A DNA stretch of 64,000 nt from contig NW_018407846.1 of the NCBI RefSeq assembly GCF_002113885.1, forward strand, positions 493,158-557,157, given 5' to 3'. Shown here piece after piece: positions 48,677-60,289 of this stretch (within the stretch, counting starts at the first letter, position 1; each line of letters begins with the position of its first letter). The translations under genes were made by a program, and so were the position numbers. The notes beneath the pieces were generated by a model, which worked only from the letters and a program-made list of their open reading frames with translations, had not been told where the DNA came from and ran no database searches. The DNA is from Mizuhopecten yessoensis (taxonomy: Eukaryota).

Positions 48677-51232
48677 ATTTTAGAAGAAGTACAATCATTT
48701 TATGCAGACTTATATAGACATAGGGATGTTGACAATACTGATTTAGATGTTCATCTTCGTGACTGTAATATTCCAAAGTTAAATGATGTTGAGTCTAGCA
48801 GTTTAGAGGGTAGAATAACATTGGGGGAAGCAGGGAAAACATTGAAAGACATGAAAAATAATAAAAGTCCTGGGTCTGACGGTTTTACTTCAGAATTTTT
48901 TAAGACTTTTTGGAAATATTTAGGTAATTTTGTTGTTCGTTCAATTAATTATGGTTTTACAGATGGTCAGCTGTCAGTCACACAACGACAAGGTATAATA
49001 ACATGTATCCCAAAGGGAGACAAACCACGTCATTTTTTGAAAAATTGGAGACCAATTTCACTTTTGAATATCACTTATAAAATAGCCTCTGGAGTAATTT
49101 CTCGTAGGATAAAAACTATATTAGGAAAACTTATAAATAATGACCAGACAGGATTCTTATCAGGGCGCTTTATTGGGGAAAATATTAGAACATTATATGA
49201 TGTGATGCACTATGCAGAAGAAAGAAACATTCCAGGAATGCTTCTTTTGATAGATTTTGAAAAAGCATTTGATTCGGTTTCATGGAGTTTTATTGATAAG
49301 GTACTAGAATATTTTAATTTTGGGGTGGACATAAGACAAAGGGTTAAATCTTTACACACTAATGTATTTTCTTATGTTAATCAAGGTGGCAACATTTCTG
49401 CACCTATCAACATTCAACGCGGATGCCGTCAAGGTGATCCTATCGCCCCATATATTTTTATACTTTGTGTTGAGGTCCTAGCATCAAAAATAAGAAATAA
49501 TGACCATATTAAAGGCATCCAATTGGAAAATATAGATATTTTAAATATACAATATGCAGATGATTCTGGGTTGATACTAGATGGTACTGAGAGGTCTCTT
49601 AAGGAATCTATCGATGAATTGAATAATTTTGCAAATATCTCTGGGTTAAAGATCAATACTACAAAAACACAGGTTATATGGATAGGCAGTAGAAAATATA
49701 GTGACCAAACTTTCCTTCCAGACTTGCATCTACAATGGGGGAAGGATAAGTTCAACTTTTTGGGTATAGATTTTTCCGTAGATTTAAGTGAGATTCCAAG
49801 AATGAATTTTGACAAAAAGATTGTTAAACTTAAAGCTCTTATTAATAATTGGAATAGACGGAGTTTGACTCCATTAGGTAGAATTAGTATCATAAAGTCT
49901 TTGTTGATTTCCCAACTTAATTACCTGTTTATCACTTTGCCAAATCCATCCGAAAAATATATTGCTAAGTTGAATTCTTTGTTATTCAATTTTCTATGGA
50001 ATGGCAAAAGTCATAGGATTAAAAAAGAAGTTGTGATTCAAAACTATATAAATGGGGGATTAAAGATGATTGATGTACATGCTTCTATAGATTCTCTTAA
50101 GCTAGGTTGGATTAGAAGACTGTTCCAGCCATCTGGAAAATGGAATCAGCTTTTGAATCTAATTTTGGATCCTAAAAAAATGATTAATTGTGGAAAAGAA
50201 TACATTATGACATGTGTAAATACCTGTCTTAACCCATTTTGGAAGGATGTTTTTAAAGGATGGGTTAGACTGAATAATTCCAAATTTATGAGACAAACCT
50301 ACAGTAGAAGTGAATCAATGTTAAAAACTCCCCTATGGTATAACAAAGATATTCAAGTGGGTAATAATTTTATTTTTTATCGAAATTGGTTTGAGGCAGG
50401 AATATTTACAGTAAATGACCTGGTTAAAAATTCTGACAGCTTGACTTTCTATTCACTTGAGGAGTTTCAGTTTAATTTCCATATCCATACAAACTTTCTT
50501 CAGTACCAAGGGCTAGTCTCAGCTGTCAAGCGTTTAGTTAGGAAATTTGACTCTCAGATAGCTATAGAAAGACCTTTCCAACCTTTTATACCTCTTCTCC
50601 TTGAATTTTTTTTTAAGAGTAGAAAAGGGGTTAAAGATTTTTATAACTATATTATTGCTCCAGCTTCAACACCTACAGGGATCAATAAATGGAACCATGA
50701 ATTTGACTTTGATAATGAAAAATGGACAAAAAATTTCATAATTCCTTTTACAGTAACAAAAAGTGCAAAATTACAGTGGTTCCAAGTCAGAATTTTACAT
50801 CACATTTTGGCAACAAACACCTTTCTGTTTAAAATTAACTTAACCCCTAGTCTGTTATGTACTTTGTGTAATATAGAACATGAAACAATAATTCATTGTC
50901 TTTGGGAATGTCGAGAAGTGCAGAAATTACTGCAGAGATTTGAAACTCTGCTGGATCTATTTTTTATCCCGTTTTCATTTAATAAGGAATCCTTCCTTTT
51001 TGGAATAGTTTCACACCTTTCCAGCTTTGTTGATAATGAAATTTTAATTCTTATCAAGCATTATATATACAAGACTAGATGTCTCTGCAAATCTTTAAAT
51101 CTCAATGCACTAATTAATGTTATTAAAGATCATTTCATTGTCCAAAACTATATTAATAACGGTAAAAGTGAGCATGTCAAAATGAAATTTGAAACAGGTT
51201 GGAGAAAATGGAAACCTATTATAGATATATAG
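48677..51232 (+). CDS. LINE ORF2 reverse transcriptase with C-terminal CCHC zinc finger; endonuclease lost by 5' truncation
   Basis: Frame open from 48677 (ILEEVQSFYADLY); KSPGSDG, WRPISLLN, IDFEKAFDSV, GCRQGDP, QYADD, FLGI, CTLC-x8-H-x4-C. Confidence 0.92.
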   Translation: MLEEVQSFYADLYRHRDVDNTDLDVHLRDCNIPKLNDVESSSLEGRITLGEAGKTLKDMKNNKSPGSDGFTSEFFKTFWKYLGNFVVRSINYGFTDGQLSVTQRQGIITCIPKGDKPRHFLKNWRPISLLNITYKIASGVISRRIKTILGKLINNDQTGFLSGRFIGENIRTLYDVMHYAEERNIPGMLLLIDFEKAFDSVSWSFIDKVLEYFNFGVDIRQRVKSLHTNVFSYVNQGGNISAPINIQRGCRQGDPIAPYIFILCVEVLASKIRNNDHIKGIQLENIDILNIQYADDSGLILDGTERSLKESIDELNNFANISGLKINTTKTQVIWIGSRKYSDQTFLPDLHLQWGKDKFNFLGIDFSVDLSEIPRMNFDKKIVKLKALINNWNRRSLTPLGRISIIKSLLISQLNYLFITLPNPSEKYIAKLNSLLFNFLWNGKSHRIKKEVVIQNYINGGLKMIDVHASIDSLKLGWIRRLFQPSGKWNQLLNLILDPKKMINCGKEYIMTCVNTCLNPFWKDVFKGWVRLNNSKFMRQTYSRSESMLKTPLWYNKDIQVGNNFIFYRNWFEAGIFTVNDLVKNSDSLTFYSLEEFQFNFHIHTNFLQYQGLVSAVKRLVRKFDSQIAIERPFQPFIPLLLEFFFKSRKGVKDFYNYIIAPASTPTGINKWNHEFDFDNEKWTKNFIIPFTVTKSAKLQWFQVRILHHILATNTFLFKINLTPSLLCTLCNIEHETIIHCLWECREVQKLLQRFETLLDLFFIPFSFNKESFLFGIVSHLSSFVDNEILILIKHYIYKTRCLCKSLNLNALINVIKDHFIVQNYINNGKSEHVKMKFETGWRKWKPIIDI

Positions 51233-52111
51233 CTGTTTTGTTAATTTATTTTTCCTGTGTTTTAATTTATTTTTTGTATACAGTATTTATCCAAGGCCTC
51301 AGCAGTTTCTGATAAAGTCACTGGCTACTTAAGTATATACAATTTTTACATGTAAGATTACCTCCTCCTCTCTCTCTCTTCTCTCTCTTTTCTCTCTCCC
51401 TCTCTCTCCTTATCTCTCTCTCTCTCTAAACTTATACTACTGATTTTACTCTTATATAAGTATAGTAGGTTTGATGTACACAACAGATGTATACTATTAT
51501 TTATGGTTCTAAAGTAAGAGAGTGATGTGTGTATTAACCTGTGTAATGGATAGGTGTCTGGGAGTTTGTTATGGTGTGTTGTGTGGTGGATGGTGTGTGT
51601 GTGTGTATGTGTGTGGTAGTGTAAAAGATGAATTATATAGATACAGCTAGGTATGAGGCATATGAGTCAATATATGTAGACAGCTGACCGCATACAAGTC
51701 TTATGTGTATGCATGTGTGTTTATATATTGTTCATACTCATGTATGTACAGTTAAATAGCTACTATCGAACATGTATACAGTGCAGTGACATGTATTAGT
51801 GTCCACAATGTAGAGATATCAGTGCTCAAATGATCATGTACATATTGTGATATGTGTGTGTGTTGGTGAACAGTGATACATCTACTATGCTAGGCTTGGA
51901 AGTTTGAATTATTATTCTTAGCGCATATCATCTAGGGGTAGGAGAATGAGGAAATGTTTTAATAAATAAATATGCAGAATATGATGGTTGTATAATAAGT
52001 TATCTCGTGCTAGCGTATATGCTCTGTAAGTTTGTGTGTGTGTGTGTTTCTTTCCATGATTATATGTATTATGAAAAAATCGTCGAAAAATAAACAAGTA
52101 CAAAAAAATAA
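48677..52111 (+). mobile_element. 5'-truncated L1/Tx1-type LINE, copy 2 only
   Basis: Empty site at ~10683-10690 in copy 1; ATAAAAAT direct repeat at 48669-48676 and 52112-52119; AATAAA at 52089 and A-rich tail; 3' UTR with (CT)n and (TG)n. Confidence 0.9.
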
Positions 52112-54538
52112 ATAAAAATTGAGCGAATGTAAAATTTCTTTTTTTTAAAAAAATCATGAAATAAGTATTTGCAATTCATATTAATCGCACTTGTNAAAAT
52201 TGAGCGAATGTAAAATTTCTTTATTTTACAAAAATCATGAAATAAGTATTTGCAATTCATATTAATCGCACTTGTTGGCCCGGATAAATGCGCGGATGGG
52301 GTCTTCATGTGGGAGGAAAGAGCAGTACCCGGAGAAAACCCACGTGGACCCAATACCTTTTTTTTCTTCGACCGTTTTGGTGAAAGGTAAGTGCACTATA
52401 CCTTGCACCACCCGACCACCGAATTTAGGAATGATAAAAGACGTGTGCAAGTCTTGACGTGTACGCTTGAGAATGTTTGAATTACGGACATATGCAAGTC
52501 TACAGATATATTTGAATTAGGGACATATGCAAGTCTAGATACATAGCAGTTCGACAAGTGTTAAATTGAGGTCATGTGGAAATCTAGATATTTAGGGACG
52601 CGGTTAGTATTGGGCAAGTGTTCTAGTTCAGGGCATGTGCATGTCTAGAAATGCGAAGCAAAACACAGACATCTGCACTTCTAGAGATAGTTAGATCACT
52701 TCGTTGCTAAATTAGATTTAGGTTTTGAATGATAGTGACGGAAAGTTAGAACATTGCTGGATAAGTTCCATTAATTAATTGTACTTAAAATTTGTCCCGA
52801 CCCACACGAGTTACATGCATCCTAGCTTCTTGCTGTTTCAATTAGAACGATCACAGATGAGCATGTGTTATTATCTTAACAATTCATTTTGTTTACTTTC
52901 TCTTGTAATCCCGATTTCCCGATTCCAAAACTATAACCCTTACTACGCACTCCCTCCAAATCCCTCCCCCNNNNNNNNNNNNNNNNNNNNNNNNNNNNNN
53001 NNNNNNNNNNNNNNNNNNNNNNNNNNNNNNNNNNNNNNNNNNNNNNNNNNNNNNNNNNNNNNNNNNNNNNNNNNNNNNNNNNNNNNNNNNNNNNNNNNNN
53101 NNNNNNNNNNNNNNNNNNNNNNNNNNNNNNNNNNNNNNNNNNNNNNNNNNNNNNNNNNNNNNNNNNNNNNNNNNNNNNNNNNNNNNNNNNNNNNNNNNNN
53201 NNNNNNNNNNNNNNNNNNNNNNNNNNNNNNNNNNNNNNNNNNNNNNNNNNNNNNNNNNNNNNNNNNNNNNNNNNNNNNNNNNNNNNNNNNNNNNNNNNNN
53301 NNNNNNNNNNNNNNNNNNNNNNNNNNNNNNNNNNNNNNNNNNNNNNNNNNNNNNNNNNNNNNNNNNNNNNNNNNNNNNNNNNNNNNNNNNNNNNNNNNNN
53401 NNNNNNNNNNNNNNNNNNNNNNNNNNNNNNNNNNNNNNNNNNNNNNNNNNNNNNNNNNNNNNNNNNNNNNNNNNNNNNNNNNNNNNNNNNNNNNNNNNNN
53501 NNNNNNNNNNNNNNNNNNNNNNNNNNNNNNNNNNNNNNNNNNNNNNNNNNNNNNNNNNNNNNNNNNNNNNNNNNNNNNNNNNNNNNNNNNNNNNNNNNNN
53601 NNNNNNNNNNNNNNNNNNNNNNNNNNNNNNNNNNNNNNNNNNNNNNNNNNNNNNNNNNNNNNNNNNNNNNNNNNNNNNNNNNNNNNNNNNNNNNNNNNNN
53701 NNNNNNNNNNNNNNNNNNNNNNNNNNNNNNNNNNNNNNNNNNNCCCCCCCCCGTTCCCTTAAGGATTTCTGTCTTCATCACGATTCCGTCACAAGAAACT
53801 TAACCCTCCCAGGTCCTTTCCATCACAATCCCAGCGATGTAAACGACACCCTCCCTATACACTCTCTCCCTCATAATAATAGACCCTTTTGATTAAATAC
53901 CCTTCTCTCCATAACAACCCCATGTGTAAATCGTCTTTATCCCTCGTTCTCTCCGGCACAATTCGAACGTAATGGACGATCCCATCCCTGGTCCTCCAAA
54001 CATCTTGCCCGCTAGCTAATTACCTCCTCCCTGGCCCCTCTCCATTTCGACCCATGCGTTATAAATTATCCCCTTCCAGGAATCCCCCCAATCAAAAAAC
54101 CCGCGCGGTAAACTACCCCCTCCCTAGCAATCCCTCCCCAATCACAATCCTCGCGTGATAAAAACGAGATGAAATGGACACGTAAAACTATCCAGCAGAG
54201 GTGTGTGTTATATATCACTACTGAGATGGACTTGACCAGAACACTTCCGGTTTCCCTTCCATGGAAGCCAAGTTTGTAAATAAAGTAAAACTGATGAAAT
54301 ACTTTCTAAACTGTGATTTTTTTTACATCTGTTATCTCGAACACATGGGAGCTGTACTGTGTTATTCCCCAGTGCTATGTCCCCAGTGCTGTGTTAGACC
54401 ACTTGATTCTGTATGTAAGTTCCCCCCGGGCCCCACCAGAGGAGGATACGTACAGCCTACACACGGATACCACAGATATACACATAGTGTGTTTTACGTA
54501 CTTACAGCGGTTACACACTCACGGAATTTTAAATAAGC

Positions 54539-54590
54539 ATGGACAAAGTAATTGGATTGGTGTCCATAGTTCTCCAAGTTTTCGTGATTG
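54539..54590 (+). CDS. CTLD/WSC protein copy 2, exon 1 (signal peptide MDKVIGLVSIVLQVFVIG)
   Basis: Homologous to 12504-12555. Confidence 0.7.
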
Positions 54591-57500
54591 GTAAGTTTAT
54601 TTTTATATTCTCGTATTCTGAAAGTATTTTAAAAGGTTTATGTAAAATATCATTGGATTTTGCTGTTCACGAAAAAGTCATCTAATGGAATTTAATTTAA
54701 TTTAAGTGAGTGTAAAACAAAGTTATTAAATTTATAATTGTACAATGTATATAAATATAATTATTTTGTTTGGTGTGCGCGAAACAATTACAATTAAAGG
54801 CATACTTTTTTTATGTTTGATCATATTTAAATAGTTATATTTGTGGCTATTTGTATAAAACATAACGAAGGAAAGTGATGTAGTATATATGCAGTACAAT
54901 AAGAACAACTAAATCGCTGTAATGGGATTTGATTTCGAGATTTTGAACAATAATACGAAATGTGATAATTTCCGATGTTATTTCTCGGATATATCTGTCA
55001 AGTTATCAGTTATGAGTGTGTTCGTTTTGTTTGCTGTTTCGAATACTACACTTACATCGTTTTGTATCACGATCGTTGAGACAGCACTCCATTGATACAT
55101 CCTTTAAATATAAATGTATTCTGTGTTTTGTTGTACATGTTAGTTTAGCTTATTTACCGAACAAATTATTTTAAAATGTTCATATTTTATTGTTGCAAAG
55201 GAATATTTCTTTATTTGTAAATAAAATGTTAGAAAGTGTATTTTACATTTATCAGCTATTGGCGGGGTGGGGCTAATAATAAATGAGAGCTTATTCATTC
55301 ACAACATAAAGTCGTAATAAGATTATTTTGATTTAACGTAAATTAGAAGTATATTGTACACCACATTGTAAATACATGTATAAAACATATGTACCGTGTA
55401 GCACAGATGTATAATAAGATCTCCGTTGGACCCGTACCGCCTACCTTATATTTTTAAACATTCTTCTATACGGGATAGATACTATTAATCTACACTTAAC
55501 GAATACTTGTTGGTTTTCCAGTGACTTAAATTTCATGCAACCTTCAAAATGAACCAATGTCTTTCAGAACAATTAAGTCATAGGAATATTTCCTCCCGTG
55601 ACACTAAACGTGAATGAAAGTTGTTCATACTAGAAACCTAAATGTCATTCCATCCCATTATACCAAAAGCCAATACAATAACCCCAGGTATCTTGGTGGC
55701 TATTCAGAAGATGTTGCTTATATTTTTAAAACACATTTAACTCATGTGAAATTGAACACGGATCAAGGTTATCCAATTGGACATCTTAGTAGCCTGCTGC
55801 ATCAACATGCTACTTGCCAAACATCATAACCATTTACCTCTCAATCAATTCAACAATCGTAGTCACTTCTGCGGTTGATGATATCAAGTAATTGACTGTG
55901 TTTGTGAAGCGGATTTATAGATTACTAGGGATAAAGGATAGGAGGTTAGGGAGAAGTTAGGGTTGAGACGGAAATTGATAGGATGGCGGGGCGGGGCGGG
56001 GCGGGGCGGGGATAATGGCATAGGGCAGCTATTAGCATATAGCAAGGCCGGACAGTTAGAGTAGAGTAGGGCAGACAGGGTATAGCAGGGCTTGCCAAGG
56101 TGTATTGCACTGAGGTTAAGATGAGAACGCGCTAAGATAGGGTGATGTTTGATATGATGAGCTGAGCATGATAAAAGTAGCAAAGAAGATGAAGAGGAGA
56201 GGAGAGTGAGTGAGAGGGGAGGGGATTGCATATTAATAAAAAGGAGGACCGGACAGGCACGAATGGATGTCTGGCTGAAGGGGAGTGGGAATGGGATGGT
56301 AGAATTAATACGTATTTAGCACTATCACTTCAGGTTGATATTCTATACTGGGTGTGCCAGTAACAAAGTTAAAAGTTACACTGTGCAGTGTTTGTAAACG
56401 AGCAATAAAAATGGAAAACCCAGACGGAACCATTAATTGTCAAGCCGACGACGCCCGGATGACAGACTAATGTTAAAAAGTTCCTAATTCTGTTAAAGGC
56501 TATAAATTCCCCATATCAACCACCAATTTGGAGGAGAGATCCCCTCAAGCTATGTAATCACCTCATTATAAGTAAATTGCACCAAACGTGCATTTATTTA
56601 AACTGTTTAGTTTCAATGTATCTGGCGTATTTTACCAAATGCCAAAAACTGATTTGATATGCCAAGTCTTGTAAGGAAGCCCGAGATGAACAGACATGCT
56701 TGTTGCATGTATGTCTAACACTGTAGACGCGTAAATTCGACAATTATTTTCTTTTTGCAATGGATAGGATTTGTATGTTTGTTTTTATCGAGATGGTATA
56801 TCCGTTTAAGAAGCATTTGTTGAAATGTAAACAATTCTCCTCCTTTTTGCCTATTTACGAATCATAATCAGAATTTGCCAGGGTTTGGCTCTAAATATTT
56901 ACATGTACAAGTAACGACCAATTTGAGAAATATTGCAATTAAAATTCCATCTTCTGAATAACGTCAAGAATGTGCGTCAGTTTTGAACGTATGCACGGAG
57001 TCGAGAACATCCGGACTGCGGTGGAGAAGAGACCGCTCCGGAAACTACACACACCCAATATGTGTACGTACAATGCATATTCCCAGGCCTGCAGGTTGGT
57101 GATAAAGTTTCAACTTGCGACTTGATTGGCTGACAGTTGATTATAATGGGAAGACGGAAGCGATTTGAATGCTTTTTGTTTTCTGAATCTAAATAATTTT
57201 GATAAACCAGTGCTACAAACATAACTCGTCGCAGATTGTAAACGTTCTTTCTTTAAACGATGCATGTTTTATTCTGACAAAATTATGATTTCACAATCCT
57301 TTGACAGTCAGCTTTGAAATAAAAAAGCCAATTAATAGAAGCATATTTGAAAAGTTGTTCAGATTTCGACATTTTGATATGTCGGTAACATGCTGTATTT
57401 CCCTGTCTTTCGTATTCATACATTAAATATGTAATATGTTTTATTTCTCCATAAAAGACGAATATACGACTTCCCACCCTTGTTAATACACGTGTTTTTC

Positions 57501-59782
57501 TTGTCATAAGTTCGTGTCGTCATTTCCGTATTGCGTATCGGGCATTCCAATACCGTAGTGTAAATCATAGTAGCACCGGGTAAACATTAGTACACGTGCG
57601 TGAGGATGCTGTCAACACCCGATATCGATACTTCAATGGAACATGTGTAACCACAATTCAGATATAAAGCTTCCGATACAGTGACAAACATTGACTCTAG
57701 GGAACACCCTGACATGTTACCAGACGACTTTAAGAAGGTCATGTATATGAAGCTCATGGAACAATTACATCATATATGTTAATTAACACCCACGCAATTT
57801 ATAACTTATCCGAAAATGAGGTGATACACATGCACTAAATTTACATAAACTTACACTAATCTTAGTGGAAACTTTGTGGAAACTCCAATGGTTTCAGTTT
57901 TGGTAATAATGAGACAGGAATACAACCACTTACAGATATCCGTCCCGCTTCCGGAAATTTAACCAATGATACCGTACAGAGTCTGGATTTTTCTTCTGAG
58001 ATCCTCGAATTAGCCTTTACACTGACTTATATCTTTCAACATTTTTAAATTGGAAGTAAAGATACTTGGTTTTTGATATTAATACTGTTCAAAGATAAGC
58101 AATAATAAAAAAAAGATATTTTAATAATACTTATCGAAACTCTAACTGCTTTTATTTCGAATTTCAATAATCTGGATTTGAACTCTCCGTACAATTAATG
58201 ATCCCGAAATTAACAGGAATTAATTGTATTCCAGAGACTATAACAGATTTATCATTGTTACAATTGTATGTGTTTGTAATACTGTTGGTTTAGACTAAAC
58301 AGTTTTCAATGCACTTAATCTTTATCAATTTACAATCATGTTATGATGGGTAATGCATTTACTTAAACGATGAGGATTTTATTTCTTCTGACTTCCTATT
58401 TCGTATGAAAATTAAACATATGCAGAAAGTGACATAAACATATTCCGTATATATGGAGCTGCCATTCAAAAATCTAACCGAATTTGTTTCTACGACTCTG
58501 AAACAGAACATGAAAACACATTTCTCTTATCATTCTTATCAACACAAAGAAAGTTGGAATGAGAAAGATAATGTCAAAACCTAGACTTTTAATCTGCCTG
58601 TCTGGCAAACTGTCGTAATAACTACCAATCTTATTTAAAACAGCCTAACACAACCCCCTTCTGTCTGTGTGTTCAGTCTAGTCCATGAAAACACTCGCAG
58701 TGAGATTTATCAAAAGTGGCACAGACCATTTACCTGTTATTGTGGTCATGGGAATTTCGAGACGAATCTGGATATTTGACAATATTTATTAATTGTTTTA
58801 CACTTGTGCAAAGACTAATGTGACACTATTCTCGTTATAAAGAGAAAAACACACATTTTAAAATAATTAGAAAGTCAATAAAGAGAAATGGTTATTGTCA
58901 GCCATAGTTATTTTTATTGAAATGTGTGAATGTCAAATGGAGAGTAAATACCAATGTGAAAGAGCAATATATTTGTGTGCTGGAGTGAACCCAGGGGGTG
59001 CTGGTATACTGAGTAGGTCAGGATCTTCGCTTATATAGCCACTTACTGAGGCTAACTTATTCCTACCATTAAACAATTGCAGTTATTGTACGGCATTCAC
59101 AAGATGCGGTTCTATCGCGTAATGATGTCCTTTGGAAAGACAATTTTGATCATGTTAACGAAATATATCTTGATGCTCAAATGGCGATGCATTTGATTTG
59201 ACCGTTAGCTTTTGTAATTGAAAGAAAATTAAAGTGACATTAAATTTATACACATACAATAAATAGTCTTGTGTTTAGGTTCATCGTCTACCTTAGATTG
59301 TACTGGTGTTATCACTTCTTATATCCCTGTGTATATAAGAAAAACTTTTTCGACTTGGTAATGGCGACTGTTCTACCGTGTTCAGCCTTGTACAAATCCG
59401 CGTTTTTTATTATCATAATTTAAAGGAGACAAATGCTGCCCCTGTACAAGCATACATTACCATGTTACATAAGGATCTAAAATATTACTGCCATAGACTT
59501 ATATCGCTAAATGTCCAATTTCTTATGTATCGCACTATTGCATTTAACCAGAACTATCCTCAAATCAAAACGTACCAGCAGTCCGGTTTGTCACCTTTAT
59601 AGCAATGCCTGTCCGAAAGGACGCTGTCATAGACTAGTCTAACAGTTTAGATGTTGACGACGGAGCATCAAAATATGCATTGAATTGTTAAAGTATAATG
59701 ATAACGCTCAATATTCTTTTTACATATGAGGCGTCTTTTTAACTTTTGACTTATTCTTGTTTGTTGTATACCATATATGAAG

Positions 59783-59992
59783 GTCCTGGTTTGGCGGAAT
59801 ACGACATCCGGGCAGTCACTGTAGAAGTTCCCTGGGATGAAGCAAGCCAAGGATGTGAGGACATTGGATACGACCTGTTTGACCCCGCAATGGTGACAAA
59901 GCAAACACTGGTATCGAAGGCACTGCTTCAGGAAGGGGAACGTTATTGGACAAGTACATACACGTCAAGATCCCCCTTCTATTGGAAACTTG
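59783..59992 (+). CDS. CTLD/WSC protein copy 2, exon 2
   Basis: Homologous to 17716-17925; one N->D change, the other differences synonymous. Confidence 0.85.
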
Positions 59993-60289
59993 GTAAGGTT
60001 TAACCTTAGTACCCTCTAATCCTATTGGGTAAATTCAAACACAGTATCGTCTGATCCTACTTGCTTTGTAAGTCTTAATCCAGACATTTCGGCTCATTAC
60101 CTGTTCACGAGTTTTGAGAGATTTCCCTCTGTATCACTTGTTCCTGCTCGCCTGGTAAATTTTAGCCTCAGTTTCCCCTGGTTCTAATTACACATTGATA
60201 TTTAGCCACAGTATTTATTGATTCAACATGCATTTGTCCAGTAACATGTAACTCAGTATCCCCTTTTACTTACTTGTCAGTCAAGATTG

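Noticed and set aside
49429-49893. 154-aa antisense ORF (also 28990-29313 and 33945-34238)
   Set aside because: Shadow frames of the RT, transposase and HECT coding sequences.
52116-52274. ~80-bp tandem duplication after the LINE
   Set aside because: The two units are separated by a single N at 52195, so probably an unmerged contig overlap.
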